A stretch of 38,909 nucleotides of DNA from a virus. Lineage: Duplodnaviria; Caudoviricetes. Both the position numbers and the translations under genes were made by a program. Under the pieces are notes generated by a model. That model searched no databases. It was not told the DNA's origin and saw only the letters and a program-made list of their open reading frames with translations. The first letter of the stretch is position 1; each line of letters starts with the position of its first letter. Shown in pieces: positions 34,382-38,909 of the stretch. Location of the stretch: positions 1 to 38,909 of IMG/VR virus record IMGVR_UViG_3300034160_000204. One strand, 5' to 3'.

Positions 34382-37300
34382 ATGGCTGATCGGCAAGTAG
34401 GGAATATCGTCTATCTGGTGCAGATGGATGTGCAGCAGTTGCTGACGGCTCAGCGGCAGGTTAACGCGAGGCTTGATCGCTTGGATGGCGGATTTGATAA
34501 CACCACCCGAGCTGTGAAGAACACTGAAAAGTCAATGCTGTCGCTTTCCCGTGTTGCCTTGGGATTGGCGTCTGCTCTATCCATCCAGCAGGTGGCGAAA
34601 TATGCCGAAGCCTGGACGGTAGTAAACAACAAACTAGCTAACTCCATAAAGCCACATGAGGATCTGGGCGATGCAGTTAACCGAGTGTTTAACCTGGCTC
34701 AAAGCACTCGCACCGAGTTAGGTGCTACAGCGTCACTGTATTCGCGCCTGGAGCGTGCAACACGTCAAGCTGGAACAAGCACCGAAGACCTTGCTCGACT
34801 GACGACGATTATCAACCAGGCATTTATCGTTTCCGGGGCCACAGCGCAGGAAGCAGAATCAGCGATCATCCAGTTATCGCAAGGGTTGGCTTCTGGAACG
34901 CTGCGCGGCGAGGAATATAACTCGGTTAACGAACAGGGCAACCGGCTGATTGTTGCCTTGTCCGAGTCGCTTGGGGTTGGTGCGGGCAAGTTGCGTGAGA
35001 TGGCGTTTGCTGGGAAGCTGACCACAGATGTCGTGGTTAACGGCCTGCTCAAGCAGGGTGACGCGATCGGGAAAGAGTTCGCAAACACCGTTACGACAAT
35101 GGGCCAAGCGTTCAGCATTGCGACCAATAACATCACTAAATTTGTCGGTGAGTCATCAACGATAAAATCAGCCTACAGCGTATTCAATAATTCTGTTGTT
35201 ACTGTGAGCGAAAACCTTGAATTAATGGGCGTGGCAATTACCGCCGCCGCAGTGTTATTTGGCAGCCGGTACGTGGGCGCGCTCGCGGCATCCGCGAAAG
35301 TAACGGTAACCGATGCGGCCGCAAAGATTCAGAACGCAAAAGCAACAGAGGCAGCGACGGGCGCTGAGTTGCGTAAAGCCCAGGCAGCAAAGGCAGCCGC
35401 ATCAGCAGAACTAACAAAGGCCCAGTCCAGAGCGGCAGGCGCCAGAGTTACAGCTTCAGCAACAACTGCTGAAATAGCCTTGGCAGATGCAGAGGTCGCC
35501 AGCGTTCGCACAAACATAGCTCAGATAGAAGCGGAAAAAGCCTTGGAAGTGCAGCGTTTAAGGGCGCAAATCACTGACCAGGGCAGAATCGCCACAATGA
35601 CGAGGATGGCCCAACTCCAGCAAGCCAGCGCAGCGTTATCAGCGAAGCTGGCCCAGGCGGAAACCGCTGCGATAGCCGCTAGAACTTCGGCATCGTTAAC
35701 CGGTGCGGCAGCCGTCTTGGCGGCGGACGCTAAAGTTTCGGCAGCCAGGGTGGCGCTGGCTAATGCCACCGGATTGGCCACGGCCGCAAACGTTCGCTAT
35801 CAAGCCGCATCCAGTGCTGCATCCATAGCGACAGCAGCGGTGACAATAGCAGTCAACGGGTTAAGAAGCGCTCTTACTTTACTTGGTGGCCCTGCAGGTA
35901 TCATCACAATCATCGCTGCTGGCTGGTATCTTTATGCTCAGCGCCAGGCTGAGGCGAAAAAGGAAAGTATCGCGTTTGCGAATACGCTCCCAGATGTGAT
36001 CGCTAAGCTAAAAGAAATGAACCTGGCCCAGGCTCAGGGCGTTCGTGCTGATACTGTCACGTCGATTAAAAACCAGAAAGAAGCAATAGCGGATCTGCAA
36101 GAAGAAGTTGCAAGCTTGTCTGATGAATATAACAAATATAGTGATCTGGCGAAGAAGTTCGGTGTAACAAACGACGAGAACAATGGCTATGTCATTAAAG
36201 CGACCGAGGCTGCAAACAAGCTAGCCCAAGCTAACAGGGATCTGGATAGCAAAACCAGGACTCTTGCTGAAACACAAGATGCGCTTAGTAAAATAAACAT
36301 TCAGGTCAACCAGGGCATTGTTGACCAAATGAAGGCCGCCAGGGATAACGCGATCGCCTTGGCAGAAGCCGAAAGGAAAACTTCCTTTCTTGGACAAGCG
36401 CAAGGCTTCTTAGCTGAAAAGTTAGGCCAGTCTACAACCGCGATGGCTAAGTTCAACGCCGAAAGCCTGAAAATCAATTGGGGCGGTAAGGAAGGGGATA
36501 AGCTAATAAAGCAAGCTGAGCGGAAATTAGCACTCAGTAAGCTGGAGGGAAAAGCCAAGGCCGAGCTGCAAGCTGCATACGACGCCGAAGATGCTGGAGT
36601 TACTGACCAGAAGGCGATCGACAAGCTTAAGGGAGTGTATGCCCAAACCGAGGCTAATACCCAGGCCAAGAAGGATGACAAAAAAGCAACCAGCGAGCAA
36701 AACGCCGAAGCCAAGAAGGCAGCATCACAGGCCGAAAACGTTGCTCAGAAGCTGGAAAATCTCAAGCAGCAGACAGAGCAGACGGCTGACTCCACTCAGG
36801 AGTTATCACGCGAGCAGGCAATTTTGGCAGCCAAGCAGTCACTAGGCAAAGGGGCGACCCAGGAGCAAATCGACCTGGCTGGTAAGTATCGGGCGGAGAT
36901 CTGGGATACTGCAGCAGCTCTTAAGGCCCGCAACGCAGTTCCTGAGCTGAAAGAAAACGCTGATTACGCCAGCCAGAAGGCGCAGTTGGACATGCTGCAA
37001 GGTGCCAGGGATGCACAGGGAAACCTGCTGATTAGCCAAGAGCAGTTCAACCAGCAGTCCGAGCAGTTAGAGCAACAGCATCAAACAGCACTGGCTCAGA
37101 TCAAAGCCGGGCAGGCAGTAACGCCGCAACAGGAAGCGCTGGGAACTGTCGATCCGGTACAGGCGCTTGCCAATGAGCACGCGAAGAAATTGGCGCTGAT
37201 ACAGGCATTTGAAACCCAGAAGGGAGTTATTACGGCCAATGGCCTTGCGCTGATGAACGCTGCAAACATGGAGTACGAACAGCAGCGGCTCGATGCGCAG

Positions 37301-38062
37301 TGGGCGCTGTGGGAAAACCAGAGTGAGGGCAATCAGATTCTGGCTGGCTCATTTGAGTCTTTGGCTGGCAACGCATCGAACACGCTTACTGGGATTATTA
37401 CAAAAAGTATGGAGGCTGAAGATGCATTGCGCTCGATCGGCAGTAATGCGCTGAACAGCCTGATTAATGGCTTTGTCCAGATGGGTGTTGACTGGGTTAA
37501 ATCAGCGATTACTGGCGCGGCCGCGCAACAAACAGCGATAGCCGCTACTACCACGGCGCAGGTCGCTGGGATTGGCGTGCAGACAGCCGCCAGCACTACC
37601 GCTGCAGTGGCAACAACTGCCGCCTGGACTCCGGCCGCAATCATGTCATCTATTGCATCTTTTGGTGGCGCGGTGGCGATAGGGTTCGGCGCTATAGCGG
37701 GCGTCATGGCGCTATCTGGGAAGCGCAAGAACGGCGGTCCGGTTTCGGCCGGATCAATGTACCAGGTAGGCGAGGGTGGAAAACCTGAAATCTACCAGGC
37801 CAGCACCGGCAAGCAGTACATGATCCCCGGCGACAATGGGAAGGTGATCAGTAACAAGGATATGCAGGGCGGGTCAAGTCCTGCGCCAACCATAATTATT
37901 CATAATTACAGTGGGGCAATGGTAGATGTTCAAGCCACACAGAATAGCCAAGGCGGATGGACTATTGAGGAATTCATTGCTGATATGAATAGCGGCGGCA
38001 GGGCTAGCCAGGCCGTCACCAACAATACTACTGCCAGACGTGTACCAAGGGGGCAAGGCTAA
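34382..38062 (+). CDS. Tail tape measure protein, 1226 aa
   Basis: IIQLSQGLASGTLRGEEYNSV tape_meas motif; Ala-rich; C-terminal GGPV..Y.VGE.GKPE. Confidence 0.94.
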   Translation: MADRQVGNIVYLVQMDVQQLLTAQRQVNARLDRLDGGFDNTTRAVKNTEKSMLSLSRVALGLASALSIQQVAKYAEAWTVVNNKLANSIKPHEDLGDAVNRVFNLAQSTRTELGATASLYSRLERATRQAGTSTEDLARLTTIINQAFIVSGATAQEAESAIIQLSQGLASGTLRGEEYNSVNEQGNRLIVALSESLGVGAGKLREMAFAGKLTTDVVVNGLLKQGDAIGKEFANTVTTMGQAFSIATNNITKFVGESSTIKSAYSVFNNSVVTVSENLELMGVAITAAAVLFGSRYVGALAASAKVTVTDAAAKIQNAKATEAATGAELRKAQAAKAAASAELTKAQSRAAGARVTASATTAEIALADAEVASVRTNIAQIEAEKALEVQRLRAQITDQGRIATMTRMAQLQQASAALSAKLAQAETAAIAARTSASLTGAAAVLAADAKVSAARVALANATGLATAANVRYQAASSAASIATAAVTIAVNGLRSALTLLGGPAGIITIIAAGWYLYAQRQAEAKKESIAFANTLPDVIAKLKEMNLAQAQGVRADTVTSIKNQKEAIADLQEEVASLSDEYNKYSDLAKKFGVTNDENNGYVIKATEAANKLAQANRDLDSKTRTLAETQDALSKINIQVNQGIVDQMKAARDNAIALAEAERKTSFLGQAQGFLAEKLGQSTTAMAKFNAESLKINWGGKEGDKLIKQAERKLALSKLEGKAKAELQAAYDAEDAGVTDQKAIDKLKGVYAQTEANTQAKKDDKKATSEQNAEAKKAASQAENVAQKLENLKQQTEQTADSTQELSREQAILAAKQSLGKGATQEQIDLAGKYRAEIWDTAAALKARNAVPELKENADYASQKAQLDMLQGARDAQGNLLISQEQFNQQSEQLEQQHQTALAQIKAGQAVTPQQEALGTVDPVQALANEHAKKLALIQAFETQKGVITANGLALMNAANMEYEQQRLDAQWALWENQSEGNQILAGSFESLAGNASNTLTGIITKSMEAEDALRSIGSNALNSLINGFVQMGVDWVKSAITGAAAQQTAIAATTTAQVAGIGVQTAASTTAAVATTAAWTPAAIMSSIASFGGAVAIGFGAIAGVMALSGKRKNGGPVSAGSMYQVGEGGKPEIYQASTGKQYMIPGDNGKVISNKDMQGGSSPAPTIIIHNYSGAMVDVQATQNSQGGWTIEEFIADMNSGGRASQAVTNNTTARRVPRGQG

Positions 38063-38532
38063 TGGCGATAATCGACTATCCCGACTGGCTGCCGCTCGCG
38101 CAGAAGCCGGGCAAGCCACGCGGTAGAGATACCCCATTCCTGAGCGACAAACCCGCAGTAGGCCCGGCAATCTTCCAGCAACTCACCGACGACTTGAAAA
38201 CCGTCTGGGATGTGACGTGGATTATGACTACGGCGCAGGATAGGGCGTTTAATCAATGGTTACGCAGCCCAAATTACCTGAACAACGGTGCCAACTGGTT
38301 CAGGATGCCGATTAATCTCGGCGGCAGCGGCTTGCAGGTGCAGACGCTCCATTTCATCGAGTACCCGAAGCACACGCAGAACGGCAACGTTGTGACGTGG
38401 ACGGGTTCTGTTATCTCGAACGGACTGATCAACAGTGATGACCAGTACGACGATCTGATCGTCGAGCTGCCGCCTGGCTGGTGGAGCTGGCTGGATATCA
38501 TCGTAACTGAAACATTACCGAAGGTGCCGTGA
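38062..38532 (+). CDS. Distal tail / minor tail protein
   Basis: Coupled to the TMP stop; IDYPDWLPL, WFRMPI. Confidence 0.75.
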   Translation: MAIIDYPDWLPLAQKPGKPRGRDTPFLSDKPAVGPAIFQQLTDDLKTVWDVTWIMTTAQDRAFNQWLRSPNYLNNGANWFRMPINLGGSGLQVQTLHFIEYPKHTQNGNVVTWTGSVISNGLINSDDQYDDLIVELPPGWWSWLDIIVTETLPKVP

Positions 38533-38909
38533 TGCCAACTTTTCGTGAATACCGACAACAGCGGCCTGTTCGCGGCCTGTATGACACGCTGACGTTTTAC
38601 CATGAGTCTTTCGGGTATGTGCGCATAGTAACGGGCCAATTCTTTCCAAAAACGCTCGGCGGTGTTGTCTATGAGCCAAGTAGTTTTGAGATCGAAGAAA
38701 GCCAACAAAGCGGAACGCCGATTGTCGATGCGACAATCAAGCTTGGGCGCCTGGCCTCAAATGTTAAAACCTTGCTTAAACAGTGGCGCGGATTTTCACG
38801 GATACAGCCTATCACGGTCACTCGTCGCATATTCGATTCTGCTGATGTGTCAGCGCCTATTAAGCAATGGACGCTTTTTGCAAAATCTGTCGATCTGGAC
38901 GCTGACAAC
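38532..38909 (+). CDS. Minor tail protein (DUF1833-like), truncated by the window end
   Basis: TGATG coupling; open frame MPTFREYRQQRPVRGLYDTLTFYHESFG... to the end. Confidence 0.7.
   Translation, partial: MPTFREYRQQRPVRGLYDTLTFYHESFGYVRIVTGQFFPKTLGGVVYEPSSFEIEESQQSGTPIVDATIKLGRLASNVKTLLKQWRGFSRIQPITVTRRIFDSADVSAPIKQWTLFAKSVDLDADN

Larger units (their letters stand above)
890..38909. mobile_element. Lambdoid Rac/Gifsy-like prophage (siphovirus), extending beyond the right edge
   Basis: Canonical order: int-xis-recTE, immunity, replication, Q, lysis, terminase, head, tail. Confidence 0.96.

Noticed and set aside
1-38909. CRISPR array, IS element, DGR/retron, rRNA
   Set aside because: No regularly spaced repeats, transposase, reverse transcriptase or rRNA-like sequence seen

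Overview
The window holds the left ~38 kb of an apparently intact lambdoid, Rac/Gifsy-like siphoviral prophage inserted at the 5' end of the host tRNA-thiolation gene ttcA (1-942) of an enterobacterium. Gene order: ttcA | integrase, excisionase, RecT, RecE and small early-left genes with a structured non-coding leader (C4-like RNA and repeated GAAAG-loop hairpins) | short, non-cleavable CI with Cro/YdaS and YdaT, and twin promoters overlapping 17-bp operators | amino-methyltransferase, O/P-type replication genes with iterons, Ead- and Lar-like genes, C5 methyltransferase | an AT-rich HTH moron | DUF1367, HNH endonuclease, DUF1364, Q | holin, GH19 endolysin, spanins | KTSC and other small morons | terminase, portal, head and tail genes to the tape measure and distal tail, truncated at the window end. 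All product calls come from recognising motifs and synteny by eye, with no database searches. I found no unambiguous new multi-gene system. The best candidates for undescribed biology are several unannotated small ORFs (a CxxCxxCxxC peptide in the head-tail operon, an ORF overlapping KTSC head-to-head), co-varying RNA hairpin families, and a candidate antisense sRNA upstream of recE.
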